From: Podarcis pityusensis
Taxonomy: Eukaryota
Assembly (NCBI GenBank): GCA_964106645.2
Contig: OZ067045.1
Length of the DNA stretch: 64,000 nucleotides
Strand: one strand, 5' to 3'
Under the pieces are notes generated by a model, which had not been told where the DNA came from, did not search any database, and was given only the letters and a program-made list of their open reading frames with translations. The position numbers and the translations under genes are program-made. Numbering within the stretch: the first letter of the stretch is position 1; each line of letters starts with the position of its first letter. Below, one piece after another: positions 62,654 to 64,000 of this stretch.

Positions 62654-64000
62654 ACATATATGTTGTAGGGGCTCACAGTGTTAACACTCCATCAGACCCT
62701 CCTCATTAGGCTTCCAGGCAGGGCACCAACACCTCCCACCAGGTGAGGGAGGAGAAGACCTGCCCCTTCCATCTGGAGGCAACTGGCTAGCTGTTTCTAT
62801 GGCAACACACCTATATCTGACCAACTCTTTAGACTCATAAAAAGGATGTTTAGCGGATTTGGCTAGGGCTATTAACTTAACAAAAAGACCAGTTTGACCA
62901 CTTCAGCTGTTGCTTCTACTGGACACTCACATCTTACAGATACAATACCACAGACTTAGGCCCAAGGATATCATCAGACCCCCCAAACTAATCCCAGAAC
63001 AGTATTTAAATCGGTTCAAAACAAATTATGGTCACAAGAAAAGAGTGGCTCCAGAGGTGGTTTTAGGTTGCACAGGGCGGCATGCTGCAGGGGTACCGCT
63101 ACAATGCTGTTGAATGGAGCGCAAGAGGTAAGGAACACTGAATTTTAGTGTCACACAGAGCGCCTCTGCAATTTGAGAGCCCTAAGTCTGCCACTGGTGG
63201 GTCCATACATTTCAGGTGTCAAAGGCCACTTTATGACTGGCAGTTGAATGTGTAGACTGACTCCATGGATGTTCATAACAGTGGTTGAAATGATGAAGCA
63301 AGATTAGAAAGTCAGACTGATAGAGTTGAGCAGGACTTCAAAGGTAATCAAGTCCAAACCCCCTACCGCAGCAACCTTGATAATGAGTCAGTTAGCCTAA
63401 AATGTAGCTGAAATCTCCTTTTTTCAATCCTAATTTAAGCAAAGGAAGGAGACCCTGCAGGAACCAGGGAAGGCCTCTCTGTGTGAATGTGCATCCATAG
63501 ATGCCATGTTGGCAACCCTTGTTCTGACATACATTTGGTGTATCCAGTCACCTTCTCCAGTCTGACCAACCACATGCTGGATCTTTGTCATAAACCCTGA
63601 GGAATTCCTATTCTGTCTTTCACACTTCTTTCTAAGGTTGTGGAGAATATAACTTTCATAGCAACTAAAGAGTTTTCAAACTGGAGAGACAAGAAAAAGG
63701 TCTCCTTTCTTTCTTATTTCATTTCCTGTCGTGATACTTGACCCCCTGGTCTTCTTCAGCTGGCTTGACACTTGCAATATTTTAATGGAGGTGAGCGAAG
63801 GCAGCCTTCACAACTGCGTTTCATCTCTTGCCTGGTCTGAATCCCTGTTTAGAGTACATTCACCCCAAGGTGCCCTTTTTCTTCTCTGATTGAAACGCTC
63901 CTGGGAAACTGAGCCCCCGCAGGCATTTTCTGGGTTTGTCTGTTTAGCTGACAGCAGAACTGGAGAAGAGAAATATGAATGTCTTTTTATCCAGATTACA

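Overview
Vertebrate, repeat-rich, apparently non-coding DNA (large intron or gene desert) with one 132-N assembly gap. The repeat content (BovB, CR1, L2, L1, Squam3-like and tRNA/CR1-tail SINEs, many hAT and Tc1/mariner-pogo MITEs) points to a squamate, probably a lacertid-type lizard; this is an inference. I found no host protein-coding exon I can support. The standout object is a 1,907-bp Chapaev3 (CMC superfamily) DNA transposon at 24540-26446. It has both termini, a TAA target-site duplication (TSD), ~110-bp degenerate subterminal inverted repeats and a stop-free 455-codon transposase frame. It lacks the N-terminal part and start codon, and carries substitutions at conserved catalytic and zinc-binding positions. 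It looks young and is a horizontal-transfer candidate. Other points: several nested insertions, a solo LTR, a 5'-truncated L1 with a 16-bp TSD, a MITE family with apparent 6-bp TSDs that carries an L2 tail, different Pol III heads (tRNA-Lys, tRNA-Ile, 5S) joined to a CR1-type tail, and repeat-free islands with dense developmental TF motifs. Family names and consensus motifs are recalled from general knowledge, not from database searches.
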